Shown in pieces: positions 1 to 13,806 of a stretch of 64,000 nucleotides of DNA. Position 1 is the stretch's first letter. Every line of letters begins with the position of its first letter. The DNA is taken from assembly GCF_963921235.1 (NCBI RefSeq), contig NC_086097.1, positions 116,252,001 to 116,316,000 on the forward strand, given 5' to 3'. A program made the translations under genes and the position numbers. The DNA comes from Mobula hypostoma. Taxonomy: Eukaryota. The notes under the pieces were generated by a model. The model worked only from the letters and a program-made list of their open reading frames with translations. It was not told where the DNA came from and ran no database searches.

Positions 1-1383
1 CCTCTATTTGCATTTATTAAACGAAACCCAAATTCTCCAAATGTGCTGGCTTCATATTTTATTTTTAACCCGAAGAATAGTCAAGTAATTGATGTTTGAT
101 TAATAATTACAACAAAGTATCAAGTAAGGAAGTGATCTAAATTGCAGGAGACTTACTGAGTATTTAGAATCCATACACTTCATGTCTATTTTGATTACAG
201 TGTTCCTATTTACCAAATACAATGATATTCATAAACAAAATCTGTCTAGCATTACCTCATATACTTAATACTTTTTCTTTCATTTTGAATGAAGCCATGA
301 ATGAAATTTTGTCTTACCTATTATTACATTAATCTTGTTGATTTAAAGCATCTGTGCTTGGTGCCTCTGCTCCTTAAAATATCAAATAAAACCTTTATGA
401 GACTACACCTGTTTTCATTTTAAAGTCTTTGCAAACATCAGAAAATTCATATTGCTCTCATTTACTATGCATTGAACAAGGCTTTATTAACAACCTCTCC
501 GGATGCAGGATTTCATCCTTTAGCACACCTGCTATTCATTCAGGAAACAAATTCCTGTCCCAATCTGTGTAAGAATCGATTTGCCCTGTCACTGAAGGGT
601 GATTACAGGAAGGATGGAGTGATGAATCAGCCTCTAAAAATAGTTGCCATAGGCTTTCATTGTGTTTGCTGATACCTACTCCAGGGGCTTCACCCATCCC
701 TGCTGCAGAATCCACTGGCAGCAACATTACAGGGCTAGCTTTCCATGAGGAAAAAAAGTCTTCAAAATTTGCTTAATTTAATCACTGTCAGCATTAACCT
801 TAATGAAAGCTGAAAGCTTACTTTGTAATATGAAATATCCACTAATTTCAACAAGAAACCGATGAATTATTGCCTTAATAGGCCACATATTGTTTAAATG
901 ATCTATCTTGGCAGATGAAGTTGATGTCGAAAAGAAACTGTATTTTATTTATATGATGCTAATGAAAATCCTATGCTTCCACCAGTGTTACTTGACTGAT
1001 TTTCTTTTGCTGCACTTTGGTAATTATCATTTCATCTCTTGCAGGGCTTCTGACTATATTAAACAAAGTGCCTACTTAGGTCTGAATTACAATGGACAAC
1101 TGGTCCATTGAAGTGTTGATGCATCACCATCTGATCTAAATGATTTAGTTTAGACATATTAGGGTTGCTCTAATTTAGAACAGGATGAACGTGTCAGGGG
1201 CAAGGAAGCAGGTGGCACTCAAATGAGGAGAGATTGGAGTGGAGCGCGGCCAATTTGTATGCTCAAGCCTCATTACTACCTAACAATGCAGACTGCCACT
1301 GAATCTGCCAGGACTGATGAAGTAATTGGCAGATATAATTAGGATTTAAGGACCCCAGGGAATAGATATTGCTATATAATAGG

Positions 1384-1953
1384 ACTATAAGATATAGGAG
1401 CAGAACTAGGCCATTTGGCCCCTCAGGTCTCTTCCACCATTCCATCTTGGCTGGTTCATTATCCCTCTCAACGTTATTCTCCCGCCTTCTCCCTGCAACT
1501 CTTGATACCCTTACTAATCAAGAACCTATCAAACTCTGCTTTAAATATGTCCGTTGACTTAGCCTCCACAGCCGTCTGTAGCAATGAATTCCACAGAGTG
1601 ACCACCCTCAGGATAAAGACGTTCTTCCTCATCTCTGTTTTAAATGGACATCCCTTGTATTCTGAGGTTGTGCCCTCTGGTCCCAGGCTCCCCCACTACA
1701 GGAAACAAACTCTCCAAGTCCATTGTACAAAAGACTTCCCATGATCGCTAGGTTTCAATGAGATCACCCTTCATTCTCCTAAACTCCAACGAGTATAGGC
1801 CCAGAACCAACAAATGTTCCTCATATATTAACCCCTTCATTCCCATGGACTGCCTCTAGGCCCTCTGTAATGTCAACGTATCCTTTCTTAAGTAAGAGAC
1901 TAAATCCGCTCATAATTCTCAAAGTGCAGTCTGACCAATGCTTTATGAAGCCT
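1384..1953 (-). mobile_element. CR1-type LINE, 3' fragment
   Basis: Reverse strand matches the CR1 ORF2 C-terminus and 3' UTR seen in other copies here; degenerate. Confidence 0.8.
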
Positions 1954-2597
1954 GATAAAACAGAGCATAACTGCAGAATGGAGTGACAATCTAATTTATT
2001 GAACTTACAGCAGGTAGGCTGAGAGTTGATAATTGTACCAGGAGACCTTCAGATTTTTTAAGGATAAATAAAGAGGCATGAAAAAATTCAGCAGATGGTT
2101 CCAAAATATAGACAGCTGGGTCTGTCTAATTTAACAACTGGTGATAATGGCTACACAAATCCAGCAACAGTTTATGCCCTGTATTAAGGCTGGATGCAAA
2201 GATTGCAATTTACTTTGTTTGTTTACACGCTAACAAGTACCATATGACACAAACAGAACCTAGTTGCAATAATCAATACATTCACAACAAATGCTTATGC
2301 AAATAAAATGTAGAAAAATTGAATGTGTGCTAACATCCCCCAAATATGAGTAATGCAACATTAACCATTCTCTACTTACACATACCCTTCGTTTCTGACT
2401 TTGGTATGGGTAGTTTAAATACAATCCCCTGGAGATGATTTTAACTGGTCATGTTGGTTGGAATTGAAGGTTAAATCCGAGCAAGTGGACTTACTGCTGA
2501 AAACAGAGAAAGTTTTTGTTATAATACTAGTTGGATCCAAAGGCAATTGAATCTACCAAACAATGAAAATCAAAATCCAGTCCAAAGGCATTAGCAA

Positions 2598-5044
2598 AGA
2601 AACCATAGAAACTACAGCACAGAAACAGGCCTTTTGGCCCATCTTGGCTGTGCCGAACCATTTTCTGCCTAGTCCCACTGACCTGCACACGGACCATATC
2701 CCTCCATACACCTCCCATCCATGTATCTTTCCAATTTATTCTTAAATGTTAAAAAAGAACTCACATTTACCACCTCGTCTGGCAGTTCATTCCATACTCC
2801 CACCACTCTCTATGTGAAGAAGCCCCTCCTAATGTTCCCTTTAAACATTTCCCCCTCACCCTTAACCCATGTCCTCTGGTTTTTTTCTCCCCTTGCCTCA
2901 GTGGAAAAAGTCTGCTTGCATTCACTCTATCTATACTCACCATAATTTTATATACCTCTATCAAATCTCCCCTCATTCTTCTACGCTCCAGGGAATAAAG
3001 TCCTAACCTATGCAAACTTTCTCTGTAACTGAGTTTCTTAAGTCCCGGCAACATCCTTGTAAACCTTCTCTGCACTCTTTCAACCTTATTTATACCCTTC
3101 ATGTAATTTGGTGACCAAAACTGGACACAATACTCCAGATTCGGCCTCAACAATGCCTTATACAACCTCATCATAACATTCCAGCTCTTATACTCAATAC
3201 TTTGATTAATAAAGGCCAATGTACCAAAAACTCTCTTTACGACCCTACCTATCTGTGACGCCACTTTTAGGGAATTTTGTATCTGTATTCCCAGATCACT
3301 CTGTTCCACTGCACTCCTCAGTGCCTTACCATTAACCCTGTATGTTCTACCTTGGTTTGTCCTTCCAACATGCAATACCTCACGCTTGTCTGTATTAATC
3401 TCCATCTGCCATTTTTCAGCCCATTTTTCCAGCTGGTCCAAGTCCCTCTGCAGGCTCTGAAAACCTTCCTCACTGTCTACTACACCTCCAATCTTTGTAT
3501 CATTAGCAAATTTGCTGATCCAATTTACCACATTATCATCCAGATCATTGATATAGATGACAAATAACAATGGACCCAGCACTGATCCCTGTGGCACACC
3601 ACTAGTCACAGGCCTCCACTCAGAGAAGCAATTCTCTACCACCACTCTTTGGCTTCTTCCATTGAGCCAACGTCTAATCTAATTTACCACCTCTCCATGT
3701 ATACCTAGTGACTGAATTTTCCTAACTAACCTCCCATGCGGGACCTTGTCAAAGGCCTTACTGAAGTCCATGTAGACAATATCCACTGCCTTCCCTTCAT
3801 CCACTTTCCTGGTAACCTCCTCGAAAAACTCCAATAGATTGGTCAAACATGACCTACCACGCACAAAGCCGTGTTGACTCTCCCTAATAAGTTCCTGTCT
3901 AACCAAATGCTTGTAGATTCTGTCTCTTAGTACTCCCTCCAATAACTTACCTACTACCGACGTTAAGCTTACTGGCCTCTAATTTCCTGGATTACTTTTC
4001 GATCCTTTTTTAAACAACGGAACAACATGAGCCACTCTCCAATTGTACGGCACCTCACCTGTAGACAGCGACATTTTAAATATTTCTGCCAGGGCCCCTG
4101 GAATTTCAACACTAGTCTCCTTCAAGGTCCGAGGGAACACCCTGTCAGGTCCTGGGGATTTATCCACTTTAATTTTCCTCAAGACAGCAAGCACCTCCTC
4201 CTTTTCAATCTGTACACTTTCCATGATCTCACTACTTGTTTCCCTTAATTCCATGCCAGTTTCCTTAGTAAATACAGACGCAAAAAACCTATTTAAGATC
4301 TCCCCCATTTCCTTTGGTTCTGCACATAGCCGACCACTCTGATCTTCAAGAAGACCAATTTTATCCTTTACAATCCTTTTGCTCTTAATATACCTGTAAA
4401 AGCTCTTTGGATTATCCTTCACTTTGACTGCCAAGGCAACCTCATGTCTTCTATTAGCCCTCCTGATTTCTTTCTTAAGTATTTTCTTGCACTTCTTATA
4501 CTCCTCAAGCATCTTATTTACTCCCTGTTTCCTATACATGTCATACAACTCCCTCTTCTTCTTTATCAGAGTTGCAATATCCCTTGAGAACCAAGGTTCC
4601 TTATTCCTATTCACTTTGCCTTTAATCCTTACAGGAACATATAAATTCTGTACTCTCTAAATTTCTCCTTTGAAGGCTTCCCACCTAACGATCACATCCT
4701 TGCCAGAGAACAACCTATCCCAATCCACGCTTTTTAGATCCTTTCTCCTTTCTCAAATTTGGCCTTTTCCAGTTCAGAACCTCAACCCTTGGACCAGATC
4801 TATCCTTGTCCATGATCAAGTTGAAACTAATGGTGTTATGATCACTGGAACCAAAGTGCTCCCCTACACAGACTTCTGTCACTTGTCCTAACTTGTTTCC
4901 TAACAGGAGATCCAATATTGCATCCCCTCTAGTTGGTCCCTCTATATATTGATTTAGAAAACTTTCCTGAACACATTTTACAAACTCTAAACTATCTAGA
5001 TCCCTAACAGTATGGGAGTCCCAATCAATATATGGAAAATTAAA
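2598..5044 (-). mobile_element. CR1-type LINE, 5'-truncated, frameshifted ORF2 (RT)
   Basis: ORFs 3979-4614, 3679-3942 and 2767-3645 carry KSPGPD, QHGF..GRSCLTNL, YMDFSKAFDKVPH, SGVPQGSVLGP and SKFAND (FADD mutated); CR1 3' tail near 2598. Confidence 0.95.
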
Positions 5045-5081
5045 GGTTGGTGATAATCAAAAAAGCAGACCAGATAATTTT

Positions 5082-5762
5082 CTTTTCTTTTCAAATATTT
5101 TATTTATATATATAGGAAAAGTAACATGAGTACATCAAAGTAACAACACTTACAATGCCTCAAAGAAACCCATCATCTTAAAGATTGAAAACAAAACTTT
5201 GTGATAATAAAAAAAACCTACTGAGCAGAAAAGTGAGAAAAAAAAGAGAACCCATTAGGTGTACAACCTGGAGCCATGCGTCATACAAAAAGCTTCTAAA
5301 AATAAACATCAAACCACCAGCAAGAAAAGAAAATATACTAAAAGAATTTACAATTAGATCAACTGAGATAGCTACACTGACACATATGTTTTGGTCTTAT
5401 TCTATATTGGAACAGTTCTGGAAGTCGGTTTTCTCAACAATTTCTAAAGCACTTAAAATTAATTTACAACCTAATAAATTAACTGTGCTTTTTGGAATAG
5501 TTCCTCAAAATATTCATGGTATTTCTGTGTCTGACCAACATTTTATTGCATTTGTTACATTGATAGCTAGGAGGGACATTTTGTTGAAGTAGAAGGATAC
5601 ATCAGCTCCCACTTTATCACAATGGTTCTCTCAAGTGATGCTATCTGTAAGTTTGGTGAAAATTAGAAGTTGAACCTTTGAACCGTTATTTGATTTTGAG
5701 AAAAGATGGGGCTCATTTGCTTGTTATTATCATTTGAGTTAATTGATATAATTTTTCCAGAA
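5082..5762 (-). mobile_element. L1-clade LINE 3' fragment with 5' inversion, 11-bp TSD
   Basis: CAGATAATTTT at 5071-5081 and 5763-5773. A-rich tail with AATAAA on the minus strand at ~5082-5106. Inverted part (~5360-5740, +) encodes THMFWS..FWKSVF..ARRDILLK, typical of the fish L1 ORF2 C-terminus. Confidence 0.85.
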
Positions 5763-6064
5763 CAGATAATTTTAATGTACTTATTCTCTTTCAATTCCCA
5801 GAATTCTTAGCCTTCCTTTGTGCTGGCGGTATTCCTGCACGTAAAGGAAAACAGAAGATACGGAAGTGTTGCAGACCAGGCAGCATCTGTGGAAAGAGAA
5901 CTAACAATCCTATCGCATCGCAGACAAATCTCAGGGTTGTATACTGCATACATACTTGGATAATAAATGTACTTTGAATCTCTCTATCATACAGAATGCA
6001 ATGTTAGCATTCAATTGCAAAGACGAGAATATAAAAGCTAGGGTGCAATGCTGAGATCGGTAAA

Positions 6065-6466
6065 AGCTTGCAGAGGCTTGTAAACTCAGCCAGCTTTGTC
6101 GCGTACACTAGCCTCCCCAGCACTGAGGGCATCTTCAAAAGGTGGAACCTCAGGAAGGTGGCATCAATCATTAAGGATCCTCACTGTCCAGGACATGCCT
6201 TCTTCTCAATGCCGCCATCGGGGATGAGATACAGAAGCCTGAAGACACACACTCAACATTTTAAGAACAGCTTCTTACGGTCCGACATCAGATTTCTGAA
6301 TGGTTCACGAGCCCATGAGCACTACCTCACATTTTGCTCTCTTTTTGCATTACATATTTGTATTTATATTTATAGTTATTTTATGTATTGCACAGTACTG
6401 CTGCTGCAAAACAACAAGTTTCATGACATATGTCTGTGACAATAAACCTATTTAGATTCTGATTCT
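6065..6466 (+). mobile_element. Rex1/Babar-like LINE 3' end
   Basis: SIIKDPHCPGH..PSG.RYRSLKT..FKNSF peptide, then AATAAA and (GATTCT)n tail. Confidence 0.75.
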
Positions 6467-6787
6467 AATTCATGCTTGTATTTTTGTTGTTGGAAAATTG
6501 GTGATACTTTATTGTCACAGGAGGGAATGAAGAGTGAAATGATAAAACTGAAAAACAGCTGTATATCATTCACAAAGTAAAATTGAAAGCTGCATTTTCC
6601 TATTTGCAGTCTCTAACTACAGCCAAAATGCCAATCTCACCATGTGTTTTCAAGTGAACAAGGTAATAAATTTCAGTGCAACTGGCACTAAAAGAAAACA
6701 CGAGAAATGGGAGAAATAGTTTTTAAAAAGTGTAAATTGTGGATGACCACAGCACATCAGAAGCCATTGCTGAAGGGAATAAAAGCA

Positions 6788-8008
6788 GGTGTCATGATAG
6801 CTTACTGTTAGCACAACACTAATACATTGCCAGTGATCTGGGTTCATTTTCCGCCACTGTCTGCAAGGAGTTTGTACGTTCTCCCTGTGACTGTGTGGGT
6901 CCCCTCTAGGTGCTTTGGTTTGCTCCCATATTCCAAAGATGTATGAATTAGTAGATTAATTGGTTACCTGTAGACCAATAGGAGAGAGATTGAATATCTG
7001 GCTGAGTGGTGCCACAACAACTTCTCACTCAATGTCAGCAAAATCAAACAGCTGATTATTGACTACAGGTGAAGGAAGCTGGACGTCCATGAGGCAATCT
7101 TCATCAGGGTATCAGAGGTGGAGAGGATTACCAACTTTAAATTCCTCAGCATTATCATTTCAGAGGTTCTGCCCTGGGTCTAGTATGTAAATGCCATTAC
7201 AAAGAAAGTACACCAGCACCTCTACTTATTTAGAAGTTTGTGAAGATTTGGCATTTCATTTGAAGCTTTGACAAACTTCTGTAGATGCACAGTGGAGAGT
7301 ATTCTGACTGGTCACGTCTTGACCTGGTATAGAAATACCAATGCCCTTGAACGGAAAAGCCTACAAAAGTAGTGGATACTGCACATACAATCCCGGGTAC
7401 AGCCTTCTCCAGCATTGAGCACATTAACAAGGAGCACTGTGATAGGAAAGTGGCATCTATCATCAAGGGCCTCCACCAACCAAGCCATGCTCTCTTCCCA
7501 CTGCTATCATCAGGAATGAGGTACAGGAGCCTCGGATCCCACACCACCAAGTTCAGCAACAGAATTTTCTCCCTCAGCTATCAGGCTTTTGAACCAGTGG
7601 AAATAACTTCACTCAACCTCACTCACCCCAATAATGAACTGATTCCACAACCAATGGATTCACTTTCAAAGACTTTACAACTCATGTTCTCGATATTTAT
7701 TGCTCCTGTACTTAGTTATTATTATTTTGTGTATTTCTTCTCTCCTTTTGTATTTTCACAGTTTGTTGTTCTCTTTTGCACATTAGTTGTTTGTCTTTCT
7801 TTGGTTGTGTGTGGTTTATCATTGACCCTGTTGTGTGTCTTTATATTTACTGTGAATGCCTGCAAGAAAATGAATCTCAGGGTGGTATCTGGTGACATTC
7901 ACGTACTTTGATAAAAAAGTTACTTTGAACTTTGAACTGGTGGTGTAATTAGGCGGCACATGTTTGTTGGTTGAGAAGAGCCTGTTACTGCATTGTATCT
8001 CTAAATTA
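6788..8008 (+). mobile_element. V-domain tRNA-SINE interrupted by a Rex-like LINE
   Basis: tRNA-like head and GGAGTTTGTACGTTCTCCC V-domain at 6788-6970; SINE body resumes at ~7938. Confidence 0.65.
6972..7937 (+). mobile_element. Rex1/Babar-like LINE 3' fragment
   Basis: Decayed RT C-terminus; peptide SIIKGLHQPSHALFPLLSSGMRYRSL; (TTTGAAC)n tail. Confidence 0.8.
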
Positions 8009-8758
8009 AAAAAAATTAAAAATAAGTAAAATTATTTTTAAAAATGTCAAGTCAATGTCCATTCCAAACTTTAAAAAACAGAGTTCAAAGTTTTAAGTTT
8101 ACAGAGTAGTATAAGGAAGGAGTGAGGGAAATTCATTTCAAACTGTGTAGATTGATGTGGTCCTTTAATTTCTTGACTGCATTAGCAATTTGAGATGTCA
8201 GTGAAGTGTTATTTTTAGTCCAATTTCATTGCAGAGGATCATACTCGTTTCCTGAATTGGCTTGCCAAGTATTTCAGTATCTTCTGCACATTTTTATTCC
8301 AATACATTGATCCTAAAAAAGTTCTTTGTGTATTCAATGCATGAATCTCCGAGCTTAGCAACAAAGAAGACAAAGTTGCTAAGCTGACTCCTTTTTATCT
8401 GATAGGTACCAAATAAAATTGCCCACAGGCACACTGAATTCTCATGCTGCTTCAGAACTATTAATTCCATGGCTGCACTGTTTGAGCCATTAAACAGGCA
8501 GCAAGCCAGCAGTTTTTTTTTTACAAAGGTGATTTCTGTGTTACATCATCAAGAGTAGATATGATTTCTTTTGTATAAATAAGTGTAGGTACCATAAATG
8601 GTTAATTTCTGTTTGAAGTAACTGTGGTATCTGTATGGAAACTATAGTTTCACAAGAAGTAATTGGTAGAAGACTGGAAACTCTTCTGGACCATATGGGA
8701 AGCACGTTTCTTCATTAACTCCTCACAACTACTCACTAAATACTAAACCATTCAGGGC

Positions 8759-9640
8759 TCAAGTCAAATTCAAAGATTCAAGATAAATTTATTATCAAAG
8801 TCTGTATGCAGTATACCACGCTATCCGTCTTCCCACAGACAACCACAATGAAAACCATGCAGCTCGCTTAAAGAAAAATATCAAACCTCCAACATGCAAA
8901 AAAAGAACAAATCAAGCAAACAGCAAGAAAAAAAATCAAGCAAAGAACACAGAAAACAAAACTCGAAATCACAAAGACATCGAAAGAGTCCAGGCATACT
9001 CAGTCCAGTTTGGTTCAATACAGCGCCATGTCTCTTGCTAACTATAGGCTGAATCAGTTTTAGTCCACTCTGATCAAAATCACACTAAACAGCAACAAAA
9101 AAAGAAGCCTCAAGAAATCAAAATATACATCATGACAACATAACATGAGCTACAGAGTCCAATCTGCAAATGGCATCAACTAAACCTCATCCATACTCCA
9201 GCAGCGTAGAGCGAGAGAGAGAGAGAGAGACATAAGCACCTTCCTCCATGAGCATTGCATGAGCGCGAGAGAGAGATAAAGCGGTCACACGCAGGTGGAT
9301 GCCGCTGATCACCTGGCTACCTTCTGCTCTCACCCTTGTTGGTTTCAATCTTCCTTGACGTTTTCATCAGTGGGATCATCAAGAAATGGAATTCCACCTC
9401 CAGTCCTCTTGGCCGCCAGACTGCACATTTTGCTTGAAACCTCACTGAATTCCCTCAGAGACAGCAAAGTGCCAGATCACTCAATCGGTTGAAAATCACC
9501 AAAATATAGACCACAGGTTCCAATGGTAGGAGAGCCACATTTGAATTAAAAGATGAAGTAAATGATGAGAAAGAAGTAGTTTTGTGAACCGTCTGAAGGA
9601 TGTCGCCCTTGGTTGCATTGTTTGCTGGCACCAAGTTCTT
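8759..9640 (-). mobile_element. Putative non-autonomous LINE-tailed retroposon (Rex/L2-like tail)
   Basis: Minus-strand AATAAA plus (TTGAATC)-type tail at the left end; non-coding body with (AG)n; similar layout to 35321-35990. Confidence 0.45.
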
Positions 9641-9650
9641 TATCTTTAAT

Positions 9651-10953
9651 AGGCAATGAATTCCACAGATTCACCACCTTCTGGCTAAAGAAATCCCTCC
9701 TCACTTCTGTTCTAAGTGGATGTCCCTCTACTCTGACGTTATGCCCTCTGGTCCTATAGGAAACATCTTCTCCACATACAGTCTTTCTAGGCCTTTCAAT
9801 ATTCAAAGGGTTTCAATATGATTCCCCCCTCATTCTTCTAAACTCTAGCAAGTACAGGCACAGAGTTATCAAATATTCTTCATACATTAACACTTTAATT
9901 CCCAGAAACATTCTTGTGAACCTCCTCTGAACTCTCAACAATGCCACCAGATCTTTTCTTAGATAAGGGGCCCACAAAACCCAAGGGCATTCTGACCAAT
10001 GCATTAAAACACCTCAGCATAATATCCATGACAGACTCAATGGGCCAAATCACCTAAATCTGCGTGTATGTCTTTTAAGACCATATGCTATAGCAGCAGA
10101 TTTAGGCCATTTGGCCCATTGAGTCTGCTCCACCATTTTATCATGACTGATCCAATTTACCTCTCAGCCCCAATTTCTTGCCTTCTTCCCGTATCCCTTC
10201 ATGCCCTGACCAATCAAGAATCTAACAACCTCTGCCTTAAATATACATAAAGACTTGTCTTCCACAGCTTGCTGTGACAAAGAATTCCACAGATTTGTCA
10301 CTCTCTGGCTAAATAAACACCTCTCTCCTCTCCATCTGCTGGTCTTAGACTCTCCCACCAACACATTCACTCTAACAAGGCCTTTCACCATTCGATAAAT
10401 TTCAGAGATCACCCCTCATTCTTCTGAATTCTAGTGAATACAGGCCCAGAGCCATCAAACGCTCTTCATATGACAAGCCGTTCAATCCTGGAATCATTTC
10501 CATGAACCTCCTATGAACCCTCTCCAGTTTCAGCACATACTTTCTAAGATAAAGGGCCCAAACCTGCTCACAGTACTTGAAGTGAGGCTTCACCAGGTGC
10601 TTTACAAAGTTTCAACATTACATCTTTGCTTTTATATTTAAATCCTCTTGAAATGAATGCTAACATTGCATTTGCCTTCCCCACCATAGACTCAACCTGC
10701 AAATTAACCTGTAGGGAATACTACTGGGACCAATCCAGAATCTAGTGATTCTCAGAAAATCATTATTAATGCCTTCATGATCTCTTCAGCCACCACTTTC
10801 AGAAGCCTGGGGTGTACATCCTCTGGTCCTGGTGAATTATCTACCTTTAGAGCTTTCAGTTTCCCAAGAACCTTCTCTGTAGTTATGGTAAGTTCACATA
10901 CTTCACGACCTATGACATCTGGAACTTCCACCATACCTCTAGTGTCTTCCACA
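9651..10953 (-). mobile_element. Cluster of CR1 fragments
   Basis: WAPYLRKD..RVQRRFTRM, KPHFKYCEQVWA and KVDNSPGP motifs; short + strand CR1 tail at ~10028-10077. Confidence 0.85.
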
Positions 10954-11214
10954 GAGAGTATGCCATGCTAGATTAAAAGTTTGTTTAAGGAAAAAAGGGT
11001 TGCAACTTCCACAACCATCTATTCTGCTGTTCTGGAAAATAAAATCAAATACCTCAGAGCAAGATTGCTGTACCAGAGGGACAGCTGAGGATGTATTTTC
11101 TTTAGTTTCCCATAGTCTTGGTTGTCGTCTGCCACTCTGAAGACAGTGATACAGCTTGCTAGCTTCATGATACACCACCAAGATAGGACTGCTAAGTTTT
11201 TCAAAAGCAGAGGA

Positions 11215-11520
11215 GATTGTTAGAAACTGCAGCTGGATGTACTTCTCACAGTTGTAGTGGTCAGGTACACTGGAGGTCCCTAGCTTCCCACATCCTACAA
11301 GAGGAGCATTCAACTATCCTGCCTGGCATCCCTACTATTCTAACTGAGCTGATATAAAGAAGGAAAAGAAAAAAAAAACCCTTACCTAGATCTTTTCTTT
11401 TGCTTTCTGTGACTGAAGCCTCTCTTCTCTGAAGCCTCAAAGAGCTGAAGCCTCAAGGTCACCACTCTGACTCTGTCCACTCAGATGATGGCCGTTGTGC
11501 TCACCCCTGCCTTCCTTTAA
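11215..11520 (-). mobile_element. CR1 5' region (ORF1 Cys-motif remnant)
   Basis: CGKLGTSSVPDHYNCEKYIQLQ resembles the CR1 ORF1 zinc-finger region. Confidence 0.55.
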
Positions 11521-11577
11521 TGTCTCTATCTTTGGTCCAACAAATCGATGTGGTTACAAAGAAGGTATGACAGTGTC

Positions 11578-11990
11578 TATCTTTCATTAGGACTTTAAGG
11601 AGATTTGATATGTCATCGAAGCCACTCGCAAATTACTGCAGATGTACTGTGTAGAGCATTCAAACTGGCAGCATCGCCATCTGGTATGGTGGGGTGGGTG
11701 GGGGGGGGGGGCGTCATTGCACAGGATTGAAGTAAGCTGTAGAGAGTTGTGAAGTCAGGTAACTCCATCATGGGCACTAGTCTCCCCAGCATCCAGGACA
11801 TCTTGAAGAAGCGATGCCTCAAAGAGGTAGCAGTCATCATCACCCCAGAAGTTCACTACGCTCATTGCTACCATTAGGAAGGAGGTACAGGAGCCTAAAG
11901 GCACACACTCAGTGATTCAGGAATAGTTTTTTCCTATCTGCCATCAGATTGCAGAATGGATATTGAAGCCATGGACAGTACCTCACTACT
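11578..11990 (+). mobile_element. Rex1/Babar-like LINE fragment
   Basis: Matches 6065-6466 and 36245-37850 by eye. Confidence 0.7.
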
Positions 11991-11995
11991 CAGGT

Positions 11996-12168
11996 CAACA
12001 CACACAAAAAGCTAGAGGAACTCAGCAAGCCAGGCAGGATCTATGGATAAAAGTATAGTCGACTGTACTTTTTTCATAGATACCGCCCGGCCTGCTGAGT
12101 TCCTCCAGCATTTTGTGTGTGTTGCTCGGATTTCCAGCAGCTGCAGACTTTCTCTTGTTTGTGGCTTG
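11996..12168 (+). mobile_element. Short fold-back element derived from the PLE terminus
   Basis: ~65-bp inverted arms centred at 12060/12061 (GTC|GAC), then PLE tail; possible TSD CTCACTACTCAGGT / CTCACGACTCGGGT. Confidence 0.8.
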
Positions 12169-12169
12169 C

Positions 12170-12385
12170 TCACGACTCGGGTGGCTGCAGTGGCCAATCT
12201 GGGATCCACATATTCTGGTGCAGTGCTGGCAAGAATAAGTAGTGGCTGTGGTTAAAGGTTGAGTCTTTTGCTTGTTCAGTTTCTCCTTTAGCAGCAGCTG
12301 CTGGTTCTCTGCGGCATAGTGGAGATTGCTTTCATGCAGGGCAGCTCCCTGTTGAACAGATTTCCTCCAGGTGTATCCTCCACGC
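12170..12385 (-). mobile_element. RTE-clade LINE 3' remnant
   Basis: C-terminal YSCQHCTRICGSQIGHCSH, like the CxxC..SRIGLxSH end of RTE ORFs. Confidence 0.6.
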
Positions 12386-13203
12386 ATTATACTATAAAAT
12401 AAGGCTGAACATTTAACACCTCTATTATGCACATGCTGGTCAAACTAAACACTGTTCCAGTTATTGTTGCAATGTAGCTAAATCACATGACTCTCCCTAG
12501 TATAATTATATCCATATTTGGAAATATTGAATGAGACAAGCAGCAACATAATACTGACTTGCTGGACCCAAAATATTAGTGATATCATCTACTGGTTTTG
12601 ACACTTGCAAAATTAAAGATAAATTATTGACAGAGATCGAATTTCTGAATGACTTTTTGAGATGACATCATCAAGGTCCTGCAAAGTCACCTTGCTCGTG
12701 GCCAAAGAGGATTGCAATAAATTTTGAAACACAAGCCATGAATAACTATCACATGAGCACAAACCTTAATAGAATCTGTAACTGGCATTGCTCTGTACCA
12801 AAGTTTACAATTGCAACCATAAAATGCTTACAGGGTTTCTATGAAGAAATTGCTTTAACTACATAGCTATTTGCCAACAATCAGCACTATTTCATGATGA
12901 GAAGACAGCTGAAGTGGACTGCTGATCAATATAAATGCTGCCTCAGCCATAGGCTGCCTTGCGGACACTTAGCACCTTCAACCATCATCAGAAAGTCAAA
13001 ACAATAAGATCATAAGAGAAAGATAAATTCTTCAGGGCCAATTATTTGTGGTGTTCATTCTTCTCCTCATCATAGGTAAATAAGGCATAATAATGTTGCT
13101 GCACAACAAAAACCTGTTCAGGATTGTCACACTGTGAAGGCAAATGGGAAAAGATGCTCAAATGTCAAAATGTCGTCCCATAAATATGGCTGCCAAATAG
13201 AAG

Positions 13204-13806
13204 TGTAACGCTCAGTTATATTGGCTCGTATATGTCTAGGGGAAATCCCACCCAGCACCTGCCTCAATGCTTTCCACGGAGGCCACCAGAATCAATCCCA
13301 AACATCAATCATCAGCAAGCACACCCAGTTCGTTTTACCAAGTACACTTTATAGATATTAATAATTTTATGACATTAATAAAAATTCGATACAGAAAAGG
13401 AAGTAATGAAAAAAAGGTGCCAAGACTTATCAAAGTCCAAATTCTTCGCGCGCAACCGTTGGAGCTCAATCGATTCCTGATGACCACCGAATCCTGTCGA
13501 CTCACAGCTCGGGACCACCCGAAGTGATCAACCGGAGCCTTTCCGCACGTCCACGGTCCTCCCCATCTCTCCTCCGACTCCCCGCCAAAACCCCGTCCCC
13601 AGTCATATGATACAGCGTTATCACCTGAAAACAAAACGATACATGAACACCCATTGGTTAGTCACACCCTGCTGTCTGTATTAACCCAAGCAACTGTCTA
13701 GCCAGAGACTTTCTCAGCATTTAACATAACAAAGAAGCATTCCCCAGTATAACATAACAAAGAAGCCATTTTAAATTTAACATACGAAAAAAAAAGCCCC
13801 CGTACA
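13204..13806. mobile_element. Probable solo LTR
   Basis: TGTAACG...CGTACA termini; CpG-rich body; imperfect flanks GAAG/TAAG. Confidence 0.5.

Noticed and set aside
2380..2496. Minus-strand exon-like segment with acceptor- and donor-like ends
   Set aside because: Stops in all three frames and no recognisable product; cannot be told from chance without RNA data
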